From: Escherichia phage cardinal
Sequence record: PQ567651.1
Length of the DNA: 64,000 bases
Strand: one strand, 5' to 3'
The notes below the pieces were generated by a model that saw only the letters and a list, made by a program, of their open reading frames with translations, was not told the DNA's origin and searched no databases. The translations under genes and the position numbers were made by a program. Positions 1 to 10,203 of this stretch are shown one piece after another. Numbering within the stretch: position 1 is the first letter of the stretch; each line of letters opens with the position of its first letter.

Positions 1-472
1 TGTTGGCATTAGAATGGTCCCCATCATCAATTGTTTGCAAAACAATAGCAGTATCTGAACCAGAAACCATATTGTTATCAGAAATCAAGTGCCCCACATT
101 GGAACGCCACATAGTCACGTCACCAGCAGCCCCAGGAGATCCCAAAAATGTGCATCTCACAACATTACAATAACTTGAGTTATTTAGAAATACCGCCGAG
201 GCTTTATAGTTAGAAAACACACAATCTTCAATGCAACAATATGAGCATGTATCTAACCAAACACAAGAACCATTATATGTGTTGGTAGAACCTGAACTGG
301 AGGCAAGACGAGCATTAAAGATTTTGACACCTGTAACACCAGAACCATACAGCAAGGTAACTGTCGGTACATTGCACATCAAAGAAGACCCATTAATAAA
401 TTGTAGAGTCTGGTTATTAGTTTTCAAAGTTAAACGGGCTGATACTGTATATTTTTTAGAAAAATTACATCT
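1..472 (-). CDS. tailspike/tail fiber, C-terminal beta-helix portion (partial, runs off window start); same gene as 430..1023 but in the -1 frame
   Basis: My own translation of the minus strand of 1..472 gives an open frame reading ...KKYTVSARLTLKTNNQTLQFINGSSLMCNVPTVTLLYGSGVTGVKIFNARLASSSGSTNTYNGSCVWLDTCSYCC...SDTAIVLQTIDDGDHSNAN, a repetitive Gly/Asn/Ser/Thr-rich right-handed beta-helix-like sequence that follows the GDGVTDD motif of the upstream ORF. Confidence 0.5.
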
Positions 473-1023
473 TTACCTGAATCTAATGCCGCTTGTATCG
501 CGGTCAAGTCGTCAGTTACGCCATCACCCTTTGCACCATAAATTTCAGGGGTGACATAAGGTAGCTGGGTGGTGGCGTTCACCAAAACCCACGCACCCGA
601 CCCAACACCACCGGATGTTTCAGGGGTTGAGTCAGCGGGAACAGCTTTAGGGAAAGCACCACCCCATGTATAGCACTGTCCACCTGCAATATACCAAACA
701 GCATCCGTCTTATTATTTAATATAGCGCCATCTTCAAAGCTACCGTTGACAAGAGTTAACCCTGCCTCAGCAAGACTACGATGCCATAGTTCACGATCAT
801 TAAGAAGATTGTTATTCAACTCTTCCTGAACAGTATTACCATTTGAGGATTGTATTAAATCTGCTCCATTTGTATCTTTCAACTGGGTGGCTAAAACCAC
901 CCCAGTGTCAGCAAGAAAGTTGGAAACTGTGCTTTTAACAGTCTTATCAGGCTGGTCTAAAATCAGGTAATCAGAACCATTAACTTTTGATGTTTCGGGT
1001 AAATTAGTAATTGTAGTTGACAT
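430..1023 (-). CDS. tailspike/tail fiber, N-terminal portion with start of pectate-lyase-like beta-helix; interrupted by frameshift
   Basis: ORF track 197 aa; ends ...YGAKGDGVTDDLTAIQAALDSGKDVIFLKNIQYQPV*, carrying the GDGVTDDxxAIQAA signature of pectate-lyase-superfamily tailspikes, then stops 15 residues later. Confidence 0.6.
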   Translation of the reverse strand: MSTTITNLPETSKVNGSDYLILDQPDKTVKSTVSNFLADTGVVLATQLKDTNGADLIQSSNGNTVQEELNNNLLNDRELWHRSLAEAGLTLVNGSFEDGAILNNKTDAVWYIAGGQCYTWGGAFPKAVPADSTPETSGGVGSGAWVLVNATTQLPYVTPEIYGAKGDGVTDDLTAIQAALDSGKDVIFLKNIQYQPV

Positions 1024-1031
1024 TTTTACTC

Positions 1032-3191
1032 CTATATATAAAATTTTTGTGTTGTTACTAAATCTTCTCCAGATTTAGTGGCTAATGTAATTCCACTTAT
1101 GGTGGCAATCGTAACATTTACCTGTTTAAGAGTGATATCTTGCAAATAGCAATTCAAAGGCACATTACCCATATAAAAAACTTGGGATTTTGAATTAAGA
1201 ACAGTTATTGAATCATGCATTATTTGTGGATAAGCCCATATGTATTGATATAAACCAACAAACTTCTGGTCATTCAATACAATATTACCTATAATCATTT
1301 TCCACAAATATGTCCTATAGTTTGATTCAGGATCAAAGCCATATAATGGTGCTAGAGTTGCATCTGGAACAAACCCTGCAAGATAATGTATCTTATCATA
1401 ACTAAAACCTAGTTGCTCATTAGGTATTGTGATAGCGTCGAAAGATCTTTCCATCTTACCTTCCAACAACCAATCATAACATTCTGAACAATAAAAGTCA
1501 AAGTTTTCTGGGATATAATAATCTTTAGGGAAGTTAACAAATTCCATCATACCGTTACCTAAGATGGATGGTACAAATGGTAACAATGTAACTTTTGCTC
1601 CAGGATATGCTAATCTAGTATCTGTTGCAAATTTAGCAACACGCAGTCCTAATGTTTTAGACAGGAATGCATAATATTCATCATATGGTGTACCAGTTTT
1701 ATAATTCTTAACTGTACCAACATCTTGTGCATATAATCCAGTTTCATTATTAAATGCAACTTTGGTTGCATAATCATAAATACACGGGAGATTGGTAGCT
1801 GTGTTATACCACCACCACGGTTCACCAACCTGAATAATAACCGGAAGATCATTAGCAGCGGATATAGAAGCTATCTTATTTATTACACCTTGTAAATAAT
1901 TCATCCCTTCATCAATTGAAGGAGATAAAACATAACTTGGTGGCTCATAACCTGTAGCAGCCAGATTATCATTCCAAGTATGTTGTACCCATTCTACAGG
2001 ACACACTGTACTCATAAGTTCAAAACTTAAGGAGTTCATTACTGTGTAGCCCATAGCTTTTGCATTAGCGTGGAAATTATCAAACCAGGCTTCTGTTGCT
2101 GGGTTTAAATATTCTGTTCTGTTCAAAGTCCATTTATTAGATCCAGCATCCCAACTAAATTGATAATAGTGTGACATACCATTATAATGGTTAATCATAT
2201 CTCTATAACCTAATCTATAGGTGTTAGAAATAACTCGCTCCGGGGTTAGGTTATACATATCATCATAAGATGTACACATTCTTATGGTGTGTGCTGGAAC
2301 ATTTAAATTACCCATATTCATCATACTGTAACCAGTATCAGGCTCTAGTATGGTAAACTTAAAGGAAAGATCCATATTGTCTACAGGTATAACATCTTCA
2401 ATTTCTTGATACCTTGCGGAGATCAAGGAGAAGAACATATTATCTATCTGTGTAGTGTCAACAACAATATCATTTTCTGGCCCAGATTTTAAATTTGAGA
2501 AATCTAGTTTGATTGTTGCTGTCTTACCATCTTCTGAAACTTCTTCTGCATAAAAGTTTAGAGATACATAATGAACTGTTTCATCCTTCAGTGTCACTGT
2601 TAAGGATGGTATTAATTTTTCTTCTTTTAATCCAGGAACACCTTGACTAAGTTCCATTTTAAACCAAAGTTTCTCTTTACTTAAGTCAGAATGTTCTTGG
2701 TAGCCTAATCCTTTGTGATCATATTTATCGTAAGTTGACCAAATAATCCCAGCAAGACCAGCCACTGTCCTATTAACCATTCTTGCTGTGAAAGAATCAC
2801 CATTAGAGATAATAGAACAACTTTCTGTTGATTGAGAATCTATTGTCCAAAACTTAGGATCAAACATTCTAGACTTCACAACAGGCCAAGTTAGCGGGGT
2901 TGTATTCGATTGATCAGTCGTAATAACACAACGAATTTCTTCGTTGATCATCATGTTATTTTGACTTATGCTAGTAATCTCAAGAGTAAAATAAAGATCT
3001 AAAGAGTTTGCCGGACGTTCATATACATCAACCACTACAGTAGCAGAATCTGCATCAGAAGGGAACGTTACTGTTCCCTGTTTAGCTACATAATCTCTAC
3101 CAGCGACCGCCGTTCCATCGACGGTCTTATAGCTGAATGAACTGGCATTTACTCTCGTATTTCGAGTTACAGTAAAAATAGCCTGTTTCAT
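1032..3191 (-). CDS. tail fiber/receptor-binding-like structural protein with N-terminal Calx-beta-like domain
   Basis: 719 aa; N-terminus TVDGTAVAGRDYVAKQGTVTFPSDADSATVVVDV matches the Calx-beta pattern; lies between tailspike and baseplate genes. Confidence 0.45.
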   Translation of the reverse strand: MKQAIFTVTRNTRVNASSFSYKTVDGTAVAGRDYVAKQGTVTFPSDADSATVVVDVYERPANSLDLYFTLEITSISQNNMMINEEIRCVITTDQSNTTPLTWPVVKSRMFDPKFWTIDSQSTESCSIISNGDSFTARMVNRTVAGLAGIIWSTYDKYDHKGLGYQEHSDLSKEKLWFKMELSQGVPGLKEEKLIPSLTVTLKDETVHYVSLNFYAEEVSEDGKTATIKLDFSNLKSGPENDIVVDTTQIDNMFFSLISARYQEIEDVIPVDNMDLSFKFTILEPDTGYSMMNMGNLNVPAHTIRMCTSYDDMYNLTPERVISNTYRLGYRDMINHYNGMSHYYQFSWDAGSNKWTLNRTEYLNPATEAWFDNFHANAKAMGYTVMNSLSFELMSTVCPVEWVQHTWNDNLAATGYEPPSYVLSPSIDEGMNYLQGVINKIASISAANDLPVIIQVGEPWWWYNTATNLPCIYDYATKVAFNNETGLYAQDVGTVKNYKTGTPYDEYYAFLSKTLGLRVAKFATDTRLAYPGAKVTLLPFVPSILGNGMMEFVNFPKDYYIPENFDFYCSECYDWLLEGKMERSFDAITIPNEQLGFSYDKIHYLAGFVPDATLAPLYGFDPESNYRTYLWKMIIGNIVLNDQKFVGLYQYIWAYPQIMHDSITVLNSKSQVFYMGNVPLNCYLQDITLKQVNVTIATISGITLATKSGEDLVTTQKFYI

Positions 3192-3199
3192 TATTTTCC

Positions 3200-6076
3200 T
3201 TATTTGGTTACATCAACACTAATATCATTCATAGTTAGAACAGTTAGTGTTGGTATGTTACTATTATCCAAAATTGGTAAAGCGTTTTGAGGGTTTAGTT
3301 TACGATACAAGGCATATAAACCAAAACCACGTAATAGTTCTCCTGCATGGAAACCAAAGAACATTCCGTTATCTGAATCTGGGCGTGGTGCAACACTCCA
3401 GGAACCATTCATCGGATGGTTAGGGGAAAGCACAATATAGTTTTGCTGAATCAGATCAAAACATCTGTCTGCTACAATACCAATGTTTGGAATTTGTGAA
3501 TCATAACCTGCCAAGCCCATGATTGAACAACCCGCCATAAACAGTGCAGACATATGACTAGTAAAGTCATCTATAGGTGCAAGAACTGTACCATCTGGAT
3601 TAAAGATAGTTGGTGTTCTTCCATCATTATTGTCTTGGAACCATTTAAGGTAGTTGATCCAATTTTTACAAACGGTTACTAGTTTTTCAGGAGGTGTTTC
3701 TCCTCTTTGTACAAGTTCGTATACAGCATGACAAGCACAGTAGAATGCACGAGCTTCATAACCATCCCACGCTTTTTCATTCCAGTGTTTCATTGTGAAC
3801 GTATTTGGTTCACCGTATTTTCTTGCATCCCAACGATCCCACACATATGCTTGTGCCATAGGCCCAGGCATCACAGGATCAAACGTGTTATAAAACCACA
3901 TTTGAGCATCATACAAGAAATCAATACTGTTGTTTAAACGTGTCCAATCAATATCCCTACCTGCGAAACAGTATAAGGAAGGATACTGGTATCCTGGGTA
4001 TGGAATACCACGCCATCCATCGTATAATGCAGTGTTTGGGTCACTGATATTAGAGAATGGAATTATTCCTGGTGTGTAATTAAGACTATTTAACTTATAG
4101 TCAATAATAGTACAATCACCTAACTTAGCAGTATGAGGATTTGAAGCCTGTACAGTAATACGGAAGTACATGGTATAATCATCACCAGAAGATGACGAAT
4201 ATCTTTCAGGTACATCGTTAATACAATAGAAATCTATTGTTCCTGTTAAACCATTGACAGGAGCCGTATCAAGAACTAAATTTACCTGATCTACAGCAGT
4301 AAGATTTATTGCTGAAGGTTTAGGATCTGTTTCTGGATGATTAGGCTGGTAAGCACTTAACTTAAAATCAGAAGCTGATAAAGTCTTCGTACTCCATGCC
4401 CCTTGCGTTTTAGGCAGCATAGCCCACCATCTCCAACCTTGAGCATCCGTGATAGTCATGTTAAAGTCATCTTCATATGTTCTATATGTAATAGACTTAA
4501 CATTAGCTTTTGATGTAGGAGTTAACCAAAAACCAACAGTAACACCACCATCCGTATCCATTGATGCAGTAACAATCTGGTCATTATTAGTTCCAGCAAT
4601 ACCTGTTACATACTTATATTGTACCACAGTATTGTCACCCCAGTCAACAATAATTCGCGGATCTGCGATAATATATGTTCCACCACTTGGAGGGGTGCTT
4701 CTCATAAAGCTGGATAATGGAATATCCATGCTTGTCATATTAGCTGTACCCAGTGGTAAGCCACAGCGGTAAGTTACTGTGTTATTTTCATCTTTGGTCT
4801 TACTTAGTTCCAACTCTGGACGGAAAAGAATACCATGTCCTGCGTCATCTACACCTTGAAACTGAACTCGTAACTTAGAGTTCTGATCAACTTTAAACCA
4901 AATGGCTTGCTGTTCTAATGTTGTTTGAGCAGCAACATCTTGTCTAATAACAATATAGCCTAAAGTATCTCTTGAATATTTAGGTATTGCTGTAGATGGA
5001 TATGAATAATCGTAAGAGATGCCATCTGTAAACGGAATAGTTGCATATGTAGACTTACGGAAAAATTTATCAAACATATCAATGTTTGAGTAATCTTGAC
5101 ACACTAACAGTGAAGACTGCCAGCATAGCCAATATTTTCTTTCTCCTGTAATTTGGTACATCAGGTAATTAGCATCACACCACCAAGTTTCGGCATCTGA
5201 CGCATTATCCTGAAAGCCCATTTCTACCGGAACGTTAACTGGTCTGTTATGCCACATAGTGTTACGCTCCATTAAATAACCACCGTGCTCAACAGGGTTA
5301 CAAGTCGCGTAGTTAAATTTATATGTACCGTTTACAGAAGTATTTTTTAGTTGAACTGTTCCGTATTGAGATGTTGGAAAACCTTCTTCTAAGACATTTC
5401 CATCCCAGTCAACTTTACGTCCTAGACGATCAATGATCCAATCAACATCCCATTGATCTCCCTTCTTAGACCAATCTGTTGTACCATCTGCATTAACAGC
5501 ATATACTGTAGCGTTTACAGAGTTCCATCCTAGATTACCATTAAAAGCAAACCATGCTTTGTCAAGGTATTCTCCCCAATGAGGAGCACCATGAGGAATA
5601 ACTGTTCTACCGTTAGTCCACGTCATTAAGCTACCCTTAAAACCTCCGTGTGTAGGGTAGCCATCATCTGTAAGAGGATAGTGCGCAAGACGTGGTTCTT
5701 TACCGTTAATAATCCAGTTAGGGCGATATTTTGCTGGCGGATCGGGGATCGGTTGACCACCAAAGAAGTAATCTATATAGGCTTGCCAATATTTTTTAGC
5801 AGAGTCTAAATACTTTGTATCGCCGGAAGCCAGGTATGCATAAGCGCAACCAAGAATAAGCACGGATTGACCTTCTGTTGTAGCATCCCCGTTTGGTTGC
5901 CCTTCTTGAGCAGTCCAGTTTATAAAGTGTCTGTTATTAGCTAGAACGTTTTGTGGGTTTAATACATAGTGTTGCACTGTAGGATCTACAGTTAAACCTG
6001 TATTACGATCTAAGAACTGAATATGTCCATCGATCAGTTGAAAAACATTGTCAATTCTGTGCTTAATTCTTGACAT
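3200..6076 (-). CDS. large tail/baseplate-associated structural protein (possible tail fiber)
   Basis: 958-aa ORF in the tail module, no overlap conflicts; function inferred from position only. Confidence 0.45.
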   Translation of the reverse strand: MSRIKHRIDNVFQLIDGHIQFLDRNTGLTVDPTVQHYVLNPQNVLANNRHFINWTAQEGQPNGDATTEGQSVLILGCAYAYLASGDTKYLDSAKKYWQAYIDYFFGGQPIPDPPAKYRPNWIINGKEPRLAHYPLTDDGYPTHGGFKGSLMTWTNGRTVIPHGAPHWGEYLDKAWFAFNGNLGWNSVNATVYAVNADGTTDWSKKGDQWDVDWIIDRLGRKVDWDGNVLEEGFPTSQYGTVQLKNTSVNGTYKFNYATCNPVEHGGYLMERNTMWHNRPVNVPVEMGFQDNASDAETWWCDANYLMYQITGERKYWLCWQSSLLVCQDYSNIDMFDKFFRKSTYATIPFTDGISYDYSYPSTAIPKYSRDTLGYIVIRQDVAAQTTLEQQAIWFKVDQNSKLRVQFQGVDDAGHGILFRPELELSKTKDENNTVTYRCGLPLGTANMTSMDIPLSSFMRSTPPSGGTYIIADPRIIVDWGDNTVVQYKYVTGIAGTNNDQIVTASMDTDGGVTVGFWLTPTSKANVKSITYRTYEDDFNMTITDAQGWRWWAMLPKTQGAWSTKTLSASDFKLSAYQPNHPETDPKPSAINLTAVDQVNLVLDTAPVNGLTGTIDFYCINDVPERYSSSSGDDYTMYFRITVQASNPHTAKLGDCTIIDYKLNSLNYTPGIIPFSNISDPNTALYDGWRGIPYPGYQYPSLYCFAGRDIDWTRLNNSIDFLYDAQMWFYNTFDPVMPGPMAQAYVWDRWDARKYGEPNTFTMKHWNEKAWDGYEARAFYCACHAVYELVQRGETPPEKLVTVCKNWINYLKWFQDNNDGRTPTIFNPDGTVLAPIDDFTSHMSALFMAGCSIMGLAGYDSQIPNIGIVADRCFDLIQQNYIVLSPNHPMNGSWSVAPRPDSDNGMFFGFHAGELLRGFGLYALYRKLNPQNALPILDNSNIPTLTVLTMNDISVDVTK

Positions 6077-6549
6077 TAAATCACTCCTGCCATCACTAAA
6101 CTACCTATCCAGGTAGCTCCATTATCATAACTAACAAATTCAAAAATATCTGTAGCTCCCTGTTTATAACTCAAAACAGGAGCGCGACCAAAACTCCATT
6201 TAACAGATTGAGGCCACGTTACTTTATTTGCTCCACTGCCTTGACGTAGGGATAGAGTAAAGTTTTGAACAATGTTAGTTGTAACTGGAACATTACTAAA
6301 TGAAATACTGCAAGTTGGACTAGATAAAGTGGCAGAGAAATACTCTGCCGTGCTAATATCTAAAGCTAGGGTATTTGTAACAGTACCCCTTGCAGAAAGA
6401 CGATTTCGTGTAACACCAGCACCCGCAAGAAGAACACGTAGTGATGTTTTCTTAGTGATGCCTGATTGATCTGTTACAAAATAATCTGTGTCTGAAACAG
6501 ATGTTGTTACAGGTAGATCAGACACCTTGATTGTAGTTAAATCAGCCAT
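6076..6549 (-). CDS. tail/baseplate protein (hypothetical)
   Basis: 157-aa ORF translationally coupled to flanking tail genes. Confidence 0.4.
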   Translation of the reverse strand: MADLTTIKVSDLPVTTSVSDTDYFVTDQSGITKKTSLRVLLAGAGVTRNRLSARGTVTNTLALDISTAEYFSATLSSPTCSISFSNVPVTTNIVQNFTLSLRQGSGANKVTWPQSVKWSFGRAPVLSYKQGATDIFEFVSYDNGATWIGSLVMAGVI

Positions 6550-7177
6550 TATTTTTTGTAGCTCCCATTGTTGCTGTTATAGCATAGTTGTAATTGGTTG
6601 CAAGACCTTTATTGGCTTCGTTAACAAGGTATTTTTCAATCAATGCCTCGTTAGACCACTCATTCCACCAAGTAGAATAAGTATCTTTCGGAAGACCAAC
6701 AATGTTAATAAAGCGATAGAGTCTATTTGCAGATTCAACAATTTCAAATGCTTCACAAGTGATTGCTGCATTATCATCACCAGCTTCTGGATAGATATAT
6801 TCTTCAGACGGCTGCGTACTGAACAGTGCACTAACAACTTGTTCACCAACTGTAACAGTAACGTTCATTGAGTAATACCTATCATCTCTATCATAAGAGG
6901 ATGTGTAGGAATTAATATTATCTATATAAACATTACTTGCGATAGTTGATAAGAAAATGCGATCAACAATCTCTTTCTTCTTGGCAACACCAATAATCTC
7001 TTGCAGATATGGAACCCCAAAATTAGAATTGAGGAACCATTCTCCACGGAAAGTTCTAAGTGTTATTCCAAGCGTCTGTGCTGCAATTTCACTTTTAGTT
7101 GTGGTTAGTGTTAAATCACCATCCACCATTACTAAATCGTTAGAACCATCAAGTTTTAAATCAAATGGTATTCCCAT
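6542..7177 (-). CDS. baseplate protein
   Basis: 211 aa; N-terminus IPFDLKLDGSNDLVMVDGDLTLTTTKSEIAAQTLGITLRTFRGEWFLNSNFGVPY resembles baseplate wedge proteins; position in tail module. Confidence 0.45.
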   Translation of the reverse strand: MGIPFDLKLDGSNDLVMVDGDLTLTTTKSEIAAQTLGITLRTFRGEWFLNSNFGVPYLQEIIGVAKKKEIVDRIFLSTIASNVYIDNINSYTSSYDRDDRYYSMNVTVTVGEQVVSALFSTQPSEEYIYPEAGDDNAAITCEAFEIVESANRLYRFINIVGLPKDTYSTWWNEWSNEALIEKYLVNEANKGLATNYNYAITATMGATKNNG

Positions 7178-7180
7178 CTG

Positions 7181-7918
7181 TTAACCTCCATTTGGTTTGT
7201 CGGAAGTAACAGTGCTACCACCAGTTTCAACACCGCGTACAGGGTGTGTATGTGTGTGTAAACCAATGCCACCACTATCTTTCATACGACCGTCAGGTGT
7301 GATTGTTAAACCGTTTAAATTTACAGTACCACCTTTATATGTCATAGTCCCACCTTGCAGTGTAAGTTTTCCTCCTCCTGCATCAGTAAGAACGATACTG
7401 TTTGGTGTCATATCTATTTTCATACCTTGTGTGTTGTACACAGATATATTACCGTTAGGATCAAACGAAGCGTAAGTTTGCTTATTATTTGAGATAACAA
7501 CTTTTTCAGAATCTACTTCTTCAGAAGAATCTGTAGCTGTTGCTATCTTAGGAATAAAACAGGCTGGATACAAACCACAAGGTTGAATTAATGTCCCGCT
7601 GCTGGCTGTATCTCCATCTGTCTGGAAAGCATTCGACGGATCTCTTTCCGAAAAGACAACAACACCAATATCTCCTGCTTTAATTGGAAATGAAATTCTA
7701 CCTGTACCACCACCATTTACCATAAAAGGAACATCGTGGAATGTTGGGTAATCTATTTCATCTTCAGTAGATCTGGTATTTTTTACGATAGATTCTAAAG
7801 TTACTGTCTTAGATCCATAATCTACACCAATTACCCTTACAGGTAAAGATGTATGTACTTCCGCAACTTGTTCGTTGATTAATCCACGGATTGCTGTTAC
7901 AAAATTTAAAGCATCCAT
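7181..7918 (-). CDS. baseplate hub/central spike-like protein
   Basis: 245 aa, Gly-rich, with HTHTH near C-terminus; position next to baseplate genes. Confidence 0.45.
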   Translation of the reverse strand: MDALNFVTAIRGLINEQVAEVHTSLPVRVIGVDYGSKTVTLESIVKNTRSTEDEIDYPTFHDVPFMVNGGGTGRISFPIKAGDIGVVVFSERDPSNAFQTDGDTASSGTLIQPCGLYPACFIPKIATATDSSEEVDSEKVVISNNKQTYASFDPNGNISVYNTQGMKIDMTPNSIVLTDAGGGKLTLQGGTMTYKGGTVNLNGLTITPDGRMKDSGGIGLHTHTHPVRGVETGGSTVTSDKPNGG

Positions 7919-7920
7919 TT

Positions 7921-8931
7921 CTAGCCCTTCTTAATAATTGCAGATACAGATACAGACTCTACTTCAGTTGTCCAGTCTTTACCTTCCCTATCGCCTGTAT
8001 GAACAACAGACACCACCTTAAAACCACCATCGTAGTTATGGCTCTTGAGCCAAACAGTTTTTTCTGGTAAGATAGCACCGTTCATTTCACATCTGAACTT
8101 AACACCATCTGTAGGCTTTTTAGCTTTCTTAGAAGATTTGGTTACTTTTTGTGTCGGTTTAATATCATTGTGGAAAGGTTCTGGACTACCAATTAAACCT
8201 GTTTCTGCACTAATATATGCACATCTTGCACTAGACATTTGTGATCTTGGTGTTACGTAAACAGATCCGTCTTGTATTGACACATTATGATCAATACCTT
8301 TACAGATACTTTCTAAGTAATGTGATGTGTTCCCACACATAGCTGTTGCAGATGATAAAGTTTTCTCTGTGTCTACGTGAATATTACCTTCTGTAGTACC
8401 TAAATCTTTAACTAAATCTTTAACAACCTTACTTACTTTTGTACCTTTCGGATAACTTCGGCTTGTCCTTGCTTCGGAGATGTTAATACCACCATCCAGA
8501 CAATGTAACACTGTACGTCTGTCTGTATTGTTAAAAGTATCACTTACCCATTGCACCGTTCCCTTAAAGATCATAATTAACTCTTGACCTTCATAACCTA
8601 CCGCTAAAGCAACAGCCAAGTTGTTACGAATACCTTTGTTAATATAATTAACAGTATCATCACTTAGGTTATAAATAGTTATTTCGGCTTGATTAGGATC
8701 TTTATTATTATCTTTTCTTATTGTGAAAGATATTTGGTGCTCCGTAATAACATACAAATTAGGGGTTGATTTTTTAGCATCCCCTAGTTTAGTATCTAAG
8801 TCTACTGTAGATTTGAAAGAGGAATTTTTTGTCCTTTTTTCTTTAGTATTAGTAGCTGTACCTATTAACAGTTTGTATGCTCTGTTTAGATTGGGTGCAG
8901 GAGCTTTTGTATAATCTCTTTTTTCTGCCAT
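7921..8931 (-). CDS. tail/baseplate protein (hypothetical)
   Basis: 336-aa ORF in tail module. Confidence 0.4.
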   Translation of the reverse strand: MAEKRDYTKAPAPNLNRAYKLLIGTATNTKEKRTKNSSFKSTVDLDTKLGDAKKSTPNLYVITEHQISFTIRKDNNKDPNQAEITIYNLSDDTVNYINKGIRNNLAVALAVGYEGQELIMIFKGTVQWVSDTFNNTDRRTVLHCLDGGINISEARTSRSYPKGTKVSKVVKDLVKDLGTTEGNIHVDTEKTLSSATAMCGNTSHYLESICKGIDHNVSIQDGSVYVTPRSQMSSARCAYISAETGLIGSPEPFHNDIKPTQKVTKSSKKAKKPTDGVKFRCEMNGAILPEKTVWLKSHNYDGGFKVVSVVHTGDREGKDWTTEVESVSVSAIIKKG

Positions 8932-8946
8932 TTAAAACTCCTTTTA

Positions 8947-9366
8947 TCATGCTTGATATGGAAGAGCGTCGATATAAACCAAAGCAAATCTTTTATCTAC
9001 ACCTGTGTCATAGTAATTAGGTCTACCATTTATTTTAACAGTATCTACCAAATAAAGTTGACCATCCGGTACAGATTCTATATACTTATATGGTTCTAGA
9101 AGATCTAAACCATTGGTTACTTTAAAAGTTACACTAGGATTATCTCCTGATAATCCTAATTGCATTTGCCACGATTGATCTCTTGTATTCCACCTCAAAC
9201 GTATATCATAATCTACTCCATCGAGAGTTACTGTATATGTTTGATCTGGATACTGTTCTGTAGGTAAGTACCAAGAATAGTAGCCTAAAGTTCGATCAAT
9301 AAATACTGCATTGTAGCCACTATTAGATGTGCTTCTACTGATCTTTGAATAAGATGAAATAGCCAA
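8947..9366 (-). CDS. tail protein (hypothetical)
   Basis: 139-aa ORF in tail module. Confidence 0.4.
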   Translation of the reverse strand: MAISSYSKISRSTSNSGYNAVFIDRTLGYYSWYLPTEQYPDQTYTVTLDGVDYDIRLRWNTRDQSWQMQLGLSGDNPSVTFKVTNGLDLLEPYKYIESVPDGQLYLVDTVKINGRPNYYDTGVDKRFALVYIDALPYQA

Positions 9367-9377
9367 AAATTTTCTCC

Positions 9378-10088
9378 TTATTTTTTACCATCTGCACTGT
9401 GATCACTAAGATGTTCTGTACCAGTTGCTTTCCCTGTTCTTGCATCAAGATCAGCATCTGGACTAGTACCTTTCTTGTTTTTAACACCTGTATTCTTATT
9501 TGGTTTTGTCTTAAGTGCAATAGCATTTGTTTCCCCGTAAGAAACTAATCTTACTTGTTCAAATTCCAAGTCAAATTGCATTGCATATTCTGTTTGATAT
9601 TCATATGATATGCCTTTCAAAATAACATTCTCATACACCTTATGTTCTGTTATTAAAATAATAGGCTGTCTTTCATCAAATATTTTATCTAAGTAAGTAA
9701 TTGCTTGACTGATACGAGTACCGTTAACACCAGCACTATATAGCATATCTCGCATCAATCTCACAGGTGTCTCTGTAATCATTCCTGATAAAGAGAAAGT
9801 ATTATTTTTAACTTGAACGTGATCAGATACGTTAGCTCCATTTTCTACAGGATAACTAGTTACATCTGCTTGACGTTTTACACCGATATTTGGAACAGCA
9901 TCAAAAACTATAGCTTGGTAGTTTTGAATATATTGATCACTTGCACTATTGTAAACGCTTGCTAAAATACAAAAACCATTCTCCCCTTTCACAGTAGAGG
10001 CAGAGTTATTTGTGTTTTTTGTAGAGTTTATATCTTGTTCCGCTTTATAAACCGCTTGAACGTGTTGTTCTGGAGTGTTTGCTGCCAT
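9378..10088 (-). CDS. tail protein (hypothetical)
   Basis: 236-aa ORF; preceded on the minus strand by a promoter-like element and RBS AAGAGG. Confidence 0.45.
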   Translation of the reverse strand: MAANTPEQHVQAVYKAEQDINSTKNTNNSASTVKGENGFCILASVYNSASDQYIQNYQAIVFDAVPNIGVKRQADVTSYPVENGANVSDHVQVKNNTFSLSGMITETPVRLMRDMLYSAGVNGTRISQAITYLDKIFDERQPIILITEHKVYENVILKGISYEYQTEYAMQFDLEFEQVRLVSYGETNAIALKTKPNKNTGVKNKKGTSPDADLDARTGKATGTEHLSDHSADGKK

Positions 10089-10135
10089 ATAATTTTACCT
10101 CTTAATGTGATAAGAAACATTCTCCCTTATCACTC

Positions 10136-10165
10136 ATTTTATCACGAAAAACAACTCTTTGTCAA
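10136..10165 (-). promoter_or_regulatory. sigma70-like promoter TTGACA-N18-TAAAAT
   Basis: Minus-strand reading ...TTGACAaagagttgtttttcgtgaTAAAAT...; sits between the tape-measure terminator and the 10088 start codon. Coordinates +/-2. Confidence 0.45.
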
Positions 10166-10172
10166 GACAAAT

Positions 10173-10199
10173 AAAAAGCCCCGCCGAAGCGAGGCTTTA
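10173..10199 (-). terminator. rho-independent terminator after tape measure gene
   Basis: Minus strand AAAGCCTCGC-TTCG-GCGGGGCTTTTTATTTG: GC-rich hairpin with one mismatch followed by T-tract, directly after the 10204 stop. Confidence 0.55.
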
Positions 10200-10203
10200 T
10201 GCA

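Noticed and set aside
231-554. Plus-strand ORF (107 aa) at the window start
   Set aside because: Lies entirely antisense to the tailspike coding region, whose beta-helix frame is far more convincing.
1649-9526. Short ORFs embedded in large tail genes (1649..1852, 3707..3937, 4449..4772, 6272..6469, 6488..6871, 6640..6849, 6957..7184, 7197..7475, 8045..8260, 8723..8914, 9335..9526)
   Set aside because: All overlap long, well-supported structural genes on the same or opposite strand and have no RBS context; treated as spurious.
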